NCBI GenBank assembly: GCA_002269645.1 | Contig: NIVC01001224.1 | Span: 16,932-80,931 of the forward strand | Length of the DNA: 64,000 bases | Direction of reading: 5' to 3' | Source of the DNA: Macrostomum lignano | Taxonomy: Eukaryota | Part shown: positions 26,075-41,660 of the stretch, piece after piece | Layout of the letters: the number at the start of each line of letters is the position of its first letter | How positions within the stretch are numbered: the first letter of the stretch is position 1 | The notes under the pieces: generated by a model | The model's database searches: none | What the model was told of the DNA's origin: nothing | The model's input: only the letters and a program-made list of their open reading frames with translations | Made by a program: the position numbers and the translations under genes

Positions 26075-26915
26075 CAGATTCTGACTTAGATCCCAGATGC
26101 CGATCCAGATCCCAGATTCTGACCCAGATCCCAGATTCTGAATTTCTGGCCCAGATCCCAGATTCTGACCCAGATCCCAGATGCTGATCCAGATCCCAGA
26201 TTCTGACCCAGATCCCAGATGCTGATCCAGATCCCAGATTCTGACCCAGATCCCAGATTCTGAATTTCTGACCCAGATCCCAGATTCTGACCCAGATCCC
26301 AGATGCCGATCCAGATCCCAGATTCTGACCCAGATCCCAGATTCTGACCCAGATCCCAGATTCTGACCCAGATCCCAGATTCTGACCCAGATCCCAGATT
26401 CTGAATTTCTGGCCCAGATCCCAGATTCTGACCCAGATCCCAGATGCTGATCCAGATCCCAGATTCTGATCCAGATCCCAGATTCTGACCCAGATCCCAG
26501 ATTCTGACCCAAATCCCAGATTCTGAATTTCTGACCCAGATCCCAGATTCTGACCCAGATCCCAGATTCTGAATTTCTGACCCAGATCCCAGATTCTGAC
26601 CCAGATCCCAGATGCTGATCCAGATCCCAGAATATGATCCAGATCCCAGATTATGATCCAGATCCCAGATTCTGATCCAGATCCCAGATTCTGATCCAGA
26701 TCCCAGATTCTGACCCAGATCCCAGATTCTGACCCAGATCCCAGATTATGATTCAGATCCCAGATTCTGTTCCAGATCCCAAATTCTGACCCAGATCCCA
26801 GATTATGATTCAGATCCCAGATTGTGATCCAGATCCCAAATTCTGACCGAGATCTCAGATTCTGACCCAGATTCAAAATTCTGACCCAGATTACAGATTC
26901 TGACCCAGTTCTCAG
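26075..26915. repeat. 19-bp tandem repeat 3' of the SARA gene
   Basis: Unit cccagatcccagattctga with periodic tgaatttctg insertions. Confidence 0.93.
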
Positions 26916-28250
26916 ATTCGAGAGATTTATCCTATGTCAAGTAACACTGACCTCGAAACTTAAAAGAGATTTTTTTCGTTTTTCTTTTGTTTCTTTCACT
27001 TTTCCTTTGCTATTGCCTGTTGATTTTGATGTCTTTTTAAAACCATAAAAATTATCATAAATCAGTTATATTTACCCTGTGTCTTGCAAAATTAGGATCA
27101 CATGTACAAGATCATTGGTCTCACTGTATTCTAGCATTGACTAGATGAATGACCTAATTAACTCATTCAAATTAATTAACCATCGCATCCTTCCACTTTT
27201 TAGGTATACGCGTCATTTTTGTTTTATTTATTTATACGGGCTGGATAATTTATTTTTATAACGGTGACAATGGTTATAACGATGCTAAGATAACAATTTT
27301 GAAGTACAAGTACACTGCGTCATTCTATTCCGACACTGAAATAGATAATAGGTTGACTTGACACATCTCTAATGACAAAATATTTGATTTAGGGAATCAT
27401 TGATTTATTTCCATGCTTTGTTTTAATTGCCAGCCAACCTTCTTCGACATCATGTACATGCACATGCGCAGTATGATCGGGAGTTTACACTTGCTCAATT
27501 CTGTTGGGTCTAGATATTGTCTTATTCATTTACTATCTATGTCTTGTGTTGTCCTTTACAGTGTAGAACTGATTATTTTGGTCGCGGTATTACATGTATG
27601 TAGACTTTGTCGATCCGTGGGTTTGTAAATTTTTGTAAATTTAATTCGGTTATCATTACGTACATTTAATAATCAAGCGTTTTGAAATATTTTTCCAAAT
27701 ACATATGATTGCCACACTTTAGCTAACAGATTATTAAAGCGGAAATTTCTTAACTGCGCGTCACTTGCGTTTATTTTTACTACACTGGATCGATCTTTAG
27801 CATCCAACTAAAGTGGGTCGTTTTTGTTTAATTAATTTGACGTCATGGTTCTTATTTTTTCGCTCTAGGAAAGTGTGATTCATAATCTTATTAAATCCAT
27901 CAAATCGATCCGACCCCTCACCCCTGGTTACAACTAGTTTATTTATGTTTATCAGGATACTTTCAAATGATTAATTTATTAATGTTGACAGACATGAGTC
28001 ATTAAGTTATTTTCGAATCTTGATTTATTGACAATCGAGTGCACACTGACATTAATTAATGTTGGTGCCTTGCATTATAACTTGAATCTGTGACCCAGAA
28101 GTCGCAGATTTATTTTTAATGAGTATCAAATAAAATCCAAATATACTAAATATCTAAGGTTTGTACAAAGTATGTTTGAATGTCCATAACGCTCTAGTCA
28201 AACATTCTAAATGCAAATTTTAGTAACGGATATAAGAAGCGAATTATACG

Positions 28251-28938
28251 CAAGGACGACTTAAGTAGAAGGACGGGAAATCTCGCTTCTTAGAAAAGTT
28301 TTGAAGGCACTTTTTTCCCGAAAAATACACTACGGAGATAGTTTTCATTTTTTCAGCACAAAAATTGTTATTGCGTTTGATAGGAGGCAGATCCTGTGTT
28401 AATCTTTTGATATGTTGTGCCTTTTTATTGCTCTATCGATATTTATAAAGCTTTTCGTTCAGAAAATTAGGATTCTATGTTAATTTTTTATTCTAAGTAT
28501 ATTTCCTGTATCTACAAAATCACAAAAATGCATGACACAGCTCCAATATTTGGTTTTATGAACCTATTTTATCATCTCTGTTACAAATATTTGCTACACA
28601 GTCGGGTAAGAATGATAAAATAGACTCATGAAACCAAAGAGCCGAGCCGTGGCATTCTAATGTATTTCAAGCACAAGACACGCGAAAATATACGGAAAAT
28701 AAAAAATTAACATAGAATCCTAATTTTCTGAACGAAAAGCTTTATAAATATCGATAGAGCAATAAAAAAGGCACAACATATCAAAAGATGAACACTCCTG
28801 TCTCCTATCAAACGCAATAACAATTTTTGTGCTGAAAAAATGAAAACTTCCTATCTCCGTAGTGTATTTTTTTCGGGAAAAGTGCCTTCAAAACTTTTCT
28901 AAGAAACGAGGTTTCCCGTCCTACTTAAGTCGTCCTTG
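28251..28938. mobile_element. Fold-back MITE, 688 bp, 8-bp TSD (hAT- or P-like termini)
   Basis: Ends are caaggacgacttaagtag and ctacttaagtcgtccttg, with the direct repeat attatacg on both sides (28243-28250, 28939-28946). The arms are inverted copies of each other over most of the length. Confidence 0.88.
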
Positions 28939-29270
28939 ATTATACGATGCAAGATATTTAGATCGTGTAAGCCTTTAATAAATGCGATTCTACTAATTAT
29001 GAATGTGTTTAAAATTGGCATTTTTATTGTAAAATTACACTAAAGCAGTAATATTACATTAACTGCTTAAGTAAATGCTATTTAGTTCAAACTATTGTTT
29101 TATTTTATTTTCCACGACTTTTGACGAGTATGAACTTCCTATCATTTCTTGGAAAAATCAAAAGATCGACCGACCACCAAAGAGGATCAACTTGTAGTTG
29201 ATACTTGGTCACAGCACTTGAGCCTACTCATTTTTTATAATTAATTATTATTTATATTGTCATTCAGAGA

Positions 29271-32200
29271 ATGGAAGCCCTTTTTAGTTTGCCTTTCCAA
29301 GTTTTCATATGCCCAAATCTAAAATTACGCAAGCCATCATGGCTTAAAACGCCATCTCCAATGTTTGTCTTCGCGCTTATCTTGGTGTCATACTTTCTTG
29401 TAACTGGAGGTAAGTTTGTAACTTTAAGTGCATATTTAATTGCTGAAACAATGGCATAAAGGGTTTTAAGATGTTTCAGTGCTCGATTTTTTTGTTGTGC
29501 GCGTTTTCATTCGTTTTGTATTATTAATTTATTAAATTTAGTTCTAGCCTAGGAAATGATTAAGGCAATGTCAGAATGCTAGCTAGTCCCATGCCGAAAA
29601 GCTTTGAAACGGAAACCATATAATTCTCATTTAATATCTTAGCAGTCAACCTAAAGGTAGATCTAAACTCATTGAATACCTAAATTGGCTAAAATAGATA
29701 ATATCTTATAATTATAGGATGTAGACTGGCGAAATTCAAAAATTGGGGGCAAGTTTTTAGAAAATTATTTTTTCCTGCATATATGCCACAATGATACATA
29801 TTTTTAAAGTATAATTTCATTGTTCTTTGTTGCTTAATAAGCATATAGTAAATATCTAATTTGGAAGCCAGGTAACACATTGGAACCATAAGGATCAGAA
29901 AATTGTGTTTTACTTAGCTTCTACTAAAGCAATTTGGAAAATTCTTTTTTTTCCTGTATATGCGCCGCAATGATATATATTTAAGTGTATTTTCATTGTT
30001 TCAGTGTAATTGCCACATAAGCCTACAGAAAGGATTTGATTTGGATGCCAGGTTCATATTTTGTGGTACCATTTTTAACCAAAAATTTTAAGTCTAAATA
30101 TAGGCATATTTCATACACTAATACCATACAAGTTGATATTTAAATGAAAGAAAACAACTTAAAGATTATTTTGCAACAAGGAAGTAGTGGTATATTTACT
30201 TTTAGAAAAAGATGTTTGCTGGCAAACTTTGCACTTTAAATTAGTATGAATTTTTGAAACTTTATATGGTTTTAGAAAAAATTAAAATCATTAGAAATCC
30301 TTAATCTTTTTGAATAAAATAAAAAGTAAAACACCAAATACTTTCTGTTTTGTTGTGGTTTCTTGATGTTTTTTTCTCATGTATTCAGTAATGTAAAGCA
30401 GGAAAACAATAGTTTTTATCTAGAACTATTTTTCAAAGTCTAATCTATCTTTCAAAAAGCTTTTTTTAGATACATTACCTTCCATCAAATGTCCACAGAT
30501 TTGTTTTACCATTTTATCCCATGTTTTTGGATTTCTCCAGACTGTATAATTATTTTTTGTAAAAATATAAAATGAAATTTAAATAAATTTTAATTTAAAT
30601 AGACTATAGAATGAAATCATTATGCACTAAGAAGAAACTGGATAATATATAGCTTTTTTGTTATTAGGTAATGCAAGCTTTTATGGGCTAAAAGTAAAAT
30701 AAATGATGTCAGTATTAATATTTTTATATAGTTCAAGCTTTGCCTTAGGTTAAATTGTACAAAACAATTATTTTTTAGAAGACCCTAAAGACTGTTTAAA
30801 ATTTATTTTTAGCAATTATTATTATTCAATAATAGAAGTTTAAATCTTTTTCAAGTTTAAAGTTCTTTTTTAAGAATTTAAAGAATTTGAACCATTTTTT
30901 ACTTTGAATTAACAATAAATAAATAATAGTGCAATAGGGGCCTATGCATAAAACTTAGTATTTTATAAACAAAAAGCATATTAAAAATAATTTTAGCTGA
31001 CAAAGGTGTTCCTTATATATTAAAATTATAAGCATTTTCTACATCTAAACATTGGAATTTTTCTAGATTTTATACAAAGCAGTTTTGTAATTATTTATTA
31101 ATTACAAATGTATATACAGTGCCATAAACAGAAAAATTACCTTTTTCATAGAAAAATTATAGTGCAAAAAGGTGTTGCACATATATTTTGCTAGTATATT
31201 TTTGCATATTAGCATGTAGGCTAAGTTTGGAACACTATATATATCTTAGAAAAAAAAGAGGAACTACATTTTTTATATATGCCAATATAGTACCTTATGC
31301 AAAGCTGTAAATTTGTCAGTCTTGAAATGTTTATATTAGACTAGTGATTTTTATATTAAATTTCAATTAGACAAAGTCTATATACTAAAAATTGGTTTGT
31401 CAATATCTAGGTAGGTAAAGGTATATGATTGATTTCAGAAAGAAACTGCTCAACCAATTTTCTTTGAACCTTAGAAACTAAAATAGTAGTTATATTTATA
31501 TAATGCTTCATGTATAATGTATATAAAGAACAAAATCAAAATTTATATTTTCGTTAGAAATTCATACCTTTATCTTGTAAAAAAACAGAAATTAGTTTTG
31601 CATTAATTAGTTATCAAAATTTATGATTATAAATGCATAGACAACTGTTGTGACAATTATTGATAATGTAATTGGCCAATAACTAGCCAATATAATTGGC
31701 CAATGTGTATACCAAATACTTAAATATACCCTAGAAGTTTTTAGCATATATGCCTTTTTCTTGACAAGGAAAAAAATTAACACAGTATGGAACAAGACAA
31801 AAAATCAGTGCAATTTGGTATAGGATAAGATATTTTAGTTTGACAATATTTTTGCTAATAGAAAATATATTGACTGCTTTTTTAATTAAAATATATCAGT
31901 ATTATAGTTTCTATAAAACATATTTAAAAAACATAGGAAAATGTACATAGGAAATGAACAGAAAAATATATCCACAATTGTTTTTTGTTTTTTAAATAGA
32001 AATTATATTAAAATATGTTTGCTAAGATTTGCAAAAACTTGTAGTACCTCCTTTGCAATAGCTTTGGCACCTGTGAAAATGCACTATAGTATATCATTCC
32101 TTGATAGCATTCTTTGGAAAAGAAAAAAACTAGTCCAAAAATGTACCCTTGCTATGGTGCTATTTAGATAACATTGAAGTCCCTTTAAATGATAGTCCCT

Positions 32201-33809
32201 TTAAAAGTCCCTTTATATTCTTATTGTTTTATTGATAGATTTTAATCTAATTTACAAGCATAATGTTACCAATGTTTATTGTTTGAGAACTGAATATTTC
32301 TTAGTCGAAAAAAAACTTGATGCTTAGTAAATAGTAATGCTTATTATTGAACTAATACTTATTAACAGACTATTTTTATGGCTAATTATTTTATTAGTTT
32401 TGTTAGTTAAACCTTAGATAACAAATTTGCTTAATTGCAAGTCTATAAAAACTAAATCATAATAAATCAACTACAATTATGTGAAAATATAATCACTATT
32501 TGCTACCAAATCTATACCTTAGAAGGTTTTAGTATGGGCTTAAATATGGGCTATATTACAGTAATCTAATCTATGTCACTATTTGTACTATCTGTAGGTG
32601 TCATCTATGATGTAATTGTTGAGCCACCATCAATTGGATCAACTACAGATGCCAATGGCAAGAGCAAGCCTGTAAGTTAAAATCTAATGCATAAGTTATC
32701 TGCTTAAAGGTTAATATTTTTTACTCTTAAATTACTTCTTATTATTATTTATCCAGGTTGCCTTCATGGCTTACCGTATCAATGGCCAATACATCATGGA
32801 GGGTCTGGCCTCCAGCTTCATGTTTCTGCTTGGCGGCTGCGGCTTCATCATTCTGGATCAGACTAACAAGCCTAGCCTGCCTAAGCTGAACCGGATTATC
32901 CTATTGGCTATTGGCCTATTGGCCATCCTAGTTGGATTCTTTGTTAGCCGGGTGTTTATCAAGTTCAAGCTGCCGTAAGTTTATTGAGGCTTGTTGAGCT
33001 TGGCATTGGTAGGATTAAGGATAGGATTATGACAATAAACTGAAAGAAGCATTTACTGGCAAAGGCCCATAAAGATCCCGGTTATCCTAATATGGAATCA
33101 AAATATCCTATTCGTAATCTAGCATCCCATTCTAATCTAGAATCCCACTATCCTAAACTAGAATACCAATATCCTAATCTAGAATACTAATATCCTAATC
33201 TAGAATACTAATATCCTAATCTAAATATACTAAATCTCTAAGGTTTGTTTGTATGCTTGAATGAATGTCCATAACGCTCTAGTCTAGAATACTAATATCC
33301 TAATCTAGAATACTAATACCCTAATCTAAAATCCCAATATCCTAATCTAAAATACTAATATCCCAATCTAGAATCCCAATATCCTTGTCTAGAATTCCAA
33401 TCCTTATCTAGAATACTAATATCCTAATCTAGAATCCCAATATCGTAATCTAGAATCCACCATCCTAATCTAGAATCCTAATACCCTAATCTGGTCTAAT
33501 ATCCTAATCTGGAAGTTCAATATCCTACTCTAGAATCCTAATATCCTAATTTGGAATCATAATATCCTAATCTGTTGTTCTAATATCCTAATCTGGAAAT
33601 TTAATGTCCTAATCTAGAATCCCATCATCCTAATCTAGAATCCTAATGTCCTAATCTAGAATCTCAATATCCTAATCTGTTATTCTAATAAACTAATCTG
33701 GGATCTTTAATGTCCTTATCTGGAATCTCAATATATCCTAATATAAAAAAGAAAACCATTTTTACAATATTTACCTCATCAAATTTCCAGATCGTACCTG
33801 GGCAACTGA
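29271..33809 (+). CDS. OSTC: Oligosaccharyltransferase complex subunit OSTC/DC2, 149 aa
   Basis: Exons 29271-29409, 32598-32671, 32757-32974 and 33791-33809 total 450 nt. Sequence includes [60 protein letters not shown] and KLPSYLGN*. Confidence 0.96.
33105..33725. repeat. Degenerate ~21-bp intronic tandem repeat
   Basis: tatcctaatctagaatactaa-like units in OSTC intron 3. Confidence 0.85.
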
Positions 33810-34439
33810 TTCATGCTTGGCTGCACCAGCATCATTATTTGCATCCTATGGATCAAAATTTCCGACAATTGCTCTGCTTTAAGACTTCAAACTAACTAGT
33901 TGGTTATCTTTATATTTAACTTCAATAGTTTCCATTGCTATTGCAGATTTGCAAGCTTTAATTTAATCTGCATATTACTTGTCAGTGGCGGACTAGCAGC
34001 GGTTTCGGGTCATTGTTATCACAAAAGTAGCAGATCACACAGCAGTCACAATAGAGTTTTTCTTCTGTTTGTTGAGTTTTTTTTAATCATTTTGCAATTC
34101 GGTGTATTTCCTGTGTCAACATTTTCCTCTCTCCTGCTCTGAATGATTCTACTATTCTCAAGCCCTTTTTGATTTATTATTCGCGTTATCAGTTAAAAAT
34201 GCTATTTGGGTATTTGTATTTCTCTAGCCTTTTTGTCAAATTAGACCATTAGTTTTGCGTACATAGAATTGTTGCTGTGTCTCAGACGTTAAAAATAACA
34301 ATAAATGAAGCTACGATTTTGTGTGTCCTTGGACTGCCACTACTCACAGTCTGGGCATGAAGTAATTTAAATAATTTCAATGCTTCTCAAGTTACTTACT
34401 ACAGGAATTCAGTTGCTCGAAATAAGAACTCAAATTAGA

Positions 34440-34780
34440 GAAAGTTGTTGCAAGCCTCTTGACCTCTTGACGCACCAACTTGCGAAGGCCGTCCATCGAA
34501 GAAGCTTATTGGTGTAGTCATGCGTTCATCTTGTGTTTCACCTCAGTCAGGCTGGTAAAATAGTGACCGAAGGGATCCAGACGATCGGTTGAGGCCGGGC
34601 ATTGTCACTGTGGAGAAGCTGCCCCGATTATGCATGAGCCCGAGCTTTCCAGGCCGTTTCTCAGCTATAGTTTTTGTGGCGAATTGGCCCGCCTGAGTAG
34701 GTCAGCGTAATAGACGGCGTTTGATCGATCTGTCTGATACGCGGAAGTCAATGTGGATCACCCAGGGAACAGTATGGGCC
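34440..34780 (-). pseudogene. Decayed mariner (Tc1/mariner) transposase fragment
   Basis: Minus-strand pieces in shifting frames: VIHIDF, (S)INAVYYADLLRR, IAEKRPGKL, LLHSDNARP (second catalytic Asp motif DNARPH) and DGLRKLVRQ. Stops and frameshifts present; SPDLAP motif missing. Confidence 0.65.
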
Positions 34781-36439
34781 TTGACTGGGTAGCCTGGGTA
34801 GTCTCCGGGAGAGCTGACAACCTACTGGGCTAGCTGACAACCTACCGAGCTAGCGGGATTGTTCATTTTTGGTTCTGGTTGGCGACCATACTGCAACCAT
34901 CGGGTAAAATCTTTTATTACATGTAAGACAATTAATAAGCATGGGGGGCAATGCAGACAAGATCTGCCGCGTGGCTAATGCGCTACAGGAAAAAGCATTG
35001 CGGGCAAACCTCCGCGGGAAAAGCTCGGCGGACAAATTTCGACGGGCAATTCTCATTGACCCCTTCCTGGCTTGATCTCTTCCTGTCAGAGAAAGAACGT
35101 GCACATGATGGCTTCGTTGGGTATTGTTAGCAGTTTGCATTTCATATAAAAATGAAGCTTACAGAATAGATAGAACGTAATTAGCCAGATGGATTCAAAA
35201 AATGAATATATACTCGGCAACATTGAAAAGTCGCCACTCTATGCGCCCGTGAGCAATTTCTCTTGGACTATTCTGAACTAAAAGATGCCAGAAAACTGAT
35301 CGGGGTAGCTTTTATCAGTTCAACCCTGGCACACCGCTCTCCGCCCAACTTCATTCTTCAACCCAAGTAGCTAAGTTGCGTCACTCGCAAAGATTGAGAG
35401 ACTTTACCTGCACTCTCAATAGTGGCGACCACAGACGAAATCTTTTGTGATGGCGACTTTTCGATGTTGCTGAGTGTACTCGTTAATAATTGTGTTCGAA
35501 ATTTCTATGCAAAGGGCCGGGAAAAAGTACTCGTAATATGGCTAAAGGTCTCGGAAACACCCTCCTACATTGTACATGTAGTCTACAGAAGGGATCTTTT
35601 GGGCACCGCCAAAAATCGAGCTGCGATCGACAGTCGCATTATCCCAAATGAAATTACTGTCTACATATGTTTATATATGCTAGCTTGCTGATAAGAGTAA
35701 TGAATGATGCAACTGCAGTGCACTTTGTTTGGCCGAGGGCGTCTGCGTACATGGAGCGTATCGTGCGTGTGCGACGTGCGTGCATGATCGGGTATCATGC
35801 AGCGGAATTGGGCATAAAAACTGCTTTGCAACCTCGGTGGCGGCGCGCACCCATGGCCGATGAATTACACGACAATATTAAGCCCCAGCAGGACAATTTT
35901 CGTGTAAGAGGCAAATATTAATGTTGCCGCGAACGGAATCGAATCCATCAACTTAATTCGGTACGTGTGAGAGTCGTTCAGTAAATCGTTGTTCAATACA
36001 AAGCGTGTGTACGAATTCCGCCTCCAGGGGCTTAGAGAATATTTTCTAATGGGAGGTTTCGATGCGCAACTAAAACCGCTTATTGTGTACTCATATTTTG
36101 CATCTATACATGTAGAAAGTAGCTAAGATTTAGTCGTACATCGCTCTGTTTGTAAATCAATCGTCCGTATAGTTCATTGGATAGTAAAAAAGCTGCAATA
36201 CGCTCGACGCTCGTACACTGATAGGAGCTAATTAATTACATTTTCAATCATCAGTTACCATGCACAATCATCTTTGATAATTTTTGGGGACCAACTATAG
36301 ATACGACTACTGGGGAAAGTTAAAGTAGTGATTTATAAAAAAGCTAAGAGATTGATTCTCTAGATTTTTTGCTGATGTGATACAAGGACTACTCAAGTAG
36401 TAACATATATATAGGACGCAACACTCGAAATCTATGGTA

Positions 36440-36680
36440 AATGTTTTGAAGGCAACTTTTCGCCGAAAAATACACTACAGAGATAGGAGGTTTTAATTTT
36501 TTCAGCACAAAAATTGTTATTGCTTTTGATAGGAGGCAGATCCAGTGTTCATCTTTTGATATGTTGTGCCTTTCTTATTGCTCTATCGATATTCATAAAG
36601 CTTTTCGTTCAGAAATAGTTTTAAAGGCAGGTTTCACCGGAAAAATACACTACGGAGATTGGAAATTTCACGATTTTCAA
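36440..36680 (+). mobile_element. Two truncated left-arm fragments of the fold-back MITE family
   Basis: ttttgaaggcaac...aaaaatacactacagagatagg...ttgctctatcgat...gcttttcgttcagaaa matches 28300-28465, then the arm restarts at ~36618. Confidence 0.75.
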
Positions 36681-37930
36681 CACTTAAACAGTGATTGGGT
36701 CTCTTAACAGTGTCAGAGAAAGTCCTAATCACACTATTTTGTGTCTCACATGCTGCTCTAACAACGCATTGATTGATTATTCATGTTAAATTGGTCTTGT
36801 CATTATTTTAGACGTTTTTTTCAAGTAAATCGATTATTTCGCATAAATCACAACTTTGCAATCACGATTAGTTTACCTTTCTCAGCATTCCGTTTTCCCT
36901 GGATATTTTACCGCTGACATCGACGCGCATGTAAATTGCGACTCATTAGGAATTAGGGTACATTGAAGACCGAAATCACCTAATACGCCTTGCCATCCGT
37001 TATTATGCCGTCTTCACTGTTAACAATAAAAATATAACTTAAATAATATTTAAAGCATATCGAAATAAAATTCGCTGTACGTGTTTTACAAAGGTAATTT
37101 AGTTAAGCATGCCTACAAAGGTTGGTTCAAACTTTGTTATAATTTTCATCGATAAAATGTAAAGGACTTTTTTAAACTTTCTCGATACATCCTTGCATTA
37201 AGTCTACAAGTACGTAGAAGCAGCAATGCTCCCTTGCCTAAAAAGATATTTGACAGAAAACGAGAAGGAAGCACTCAATTTTTTTCTAATTGCAAAGAAC
37301 GGTTTGCTGCGCAAATGTCAATGTGACAGTCAATACAGTGGAGGCAGATAGTAACATAATTTCATTGTAGAATTTGTTCATACGACCTAAAGTTTTTTGC
37401 AACGGTATAAAAAAGCATCATAGGATAACAATACTAAAAAAATTCAAACAACAAGACATCTCACTGTTTCCCCCAGGAATTGGAGTCTGGTAAGTTGCAT
37501 TTAAAAATGCATGTACATTGTAGCATTTACATGTATAGCATGCAGATTATATGTAACTAACTTTTGAATGGCCGAAACAGAAATGTATTCATTCCTGGGT
37601 GAAAAAACAGTTTAAATAAAATGTCAGTTGTTGAATATTGAGGTGCTACTTATAGAGTTTGTGAGTTTTGAGAAATATTTTCATGGAAATTTTTTCTTAA
37701 AATTGCTGCTTAAGTAAGATATGTTCATAGTATATATTATTGTATGGTTTCCATTTTAAACTATAGAATTTAGCAATTATTATTTTACTGTTTAGTTTTT
37801 ATAAAAAAAATTAAATGAAGAATAATGCACACAAAGAATAATATACTGGCATTTTATTAGTTTATTTTAGCGGTATAATTCTATATAATTTTAGACAAAT
37901 TATCCGGCTTGCATCAGCCCCCATCGGCCC

Positions 37931-40184
<2,254 letters not shown>

Positions 40185-40324
40185 CGACCTGGTGCATCGG
40201 TCATAATTCAAGCTGTATTTCTGCAAGGACTACTAAATAACAAGGACGCTGAACTCCAAAACTTTGTTTTTATAGTGGAGTCGTTTTTTGTTTCTTAAAT
40301 GCAATAGCAGGAAAGCGCTGTTGT

Positions 40325-40765
40325 TGGGGACGGGTGTTTGTGGGGTGTGCGTTGATGGGAGATGGGTGTTTGTGGGGTGTGCGTTGATGGGAGATGGGTG
40401 TTTGTGGGGTGTGCGTTGTTGGGGGATGGGTGTTTGTGGGGTGTGCGTTGTTGGGGGACGGGTGTTTGTGGGGTGTGCGTTGATGGGAGATGGGTGTTTG
40501 TGGGGTATGCGTTGTTGGGGGACGGGTGTTTGTGGGGTATGCGTTGTTGGGGATGAGTGTTTGTGGGGTGAGCGTTGATGGGAGATGGGTGTTTGTGGGG
40601 TGTGCGTTGATGGGGAATGGGTGTTTGTGGGGTGTGCGTTGATGGGGAATGGGTGTTTGTGGGGTGTGCGTTGATGGGGAATGGGTGTTTGTGGGGTGTG
40701 CGTTAAGTTGGGAAACGGGTGATTGTGGGGGTTGGTGTTTGTGGGAGTGGGTGTTCTTGGGGTGA
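40325..40765. repeat. 32-bp G-rich tandem repeat
   Basis: Unit gggtgtttgtggggtgtgcgttgatgggagat. Confidence 0.93.
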
Positions 40766-41314
40766 AGTTTTTGGGGGTGGGTGTCCCTCTGCGTGTCGGT
40801 CTGTTTTAAAATTTGGACGATGGTCCAAATTCCATGAACTGCGGTAGTCCACGACAGGCATGCTTTTCCCGTGCATTCGCGAGATACCGATAAAAAATAA
40901 AATTACATGAGTTTTGTGAACATTTATGACAGTCCTTCATAAACTTTTTCACGATTTTAGAACCTCGCACTCATCGATTTTGTAATGATATTTTCATAGT
41001 TTCGAAAAGCTTTGCAAATAGAAATACATTTTAAAGTTTCAATTCTGTCATAATCATTGATGCCGTCAAATGGAATGCTGTCTCATTTAATTTACATTTA
41101 ATACTGAGTTCTGTGTCCCATATTTTGCTTGTGTTGTGTATAAAATTTGTTCTAACTTTCATCTGTGCATTTTCATTTTTCACTATTGTGCATATGGTAA
41201 GCGTGCTCCTTGTTTGTAATCAATTGTTTTACTGATTTGTGCACTTTCAGAATGTTCTTGTCTATTAGGAACCAATATTATTTCTGATAAATTCTACATG
41301 TGCAAATCAGAGTC

Positions 41315-41660
41315 CATCTCCAGATTCTGTGATTAGAGCTCCATATTTTCTGCGCCCAGGTAACCTCTCCAGATTCTATGATTAGAGCTCCATAATTGTT
41401 TATGCCAGTTTGCCTCTCCAGATTGAATGATTAGAGCTCCATAATAGTTTATGCGCCAATTTACCTTCTCCAGATTGCATGATTAGAGCTCCATAATAGT
41501 TTATGCCCCAGTTGGCCTCTCCAGATTCTATTATTAGAGCTCCATAATGGTGTATGCGCAGTTTACCTCTTCAGAATCATCATGGCTTAGTTAGGGCATC
41601 GCCACTTCTTCTCTCCAGAATCTATGACTTGAGCTCCATGATTTTAGAGATTAGACTAGC
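41315..41660. repeat. Degenerate ~60-bp repeat, ~5 copies
   Basis: Recurrent ctctccagattctatgattagagctccata. Confidence 0.7.

Noticed and set aside
35422-35921. ORFs 35422-35691 and 35667-35921
   Set aside because: No recognisable motifs or exon structure; probably decayed repeat DNA.
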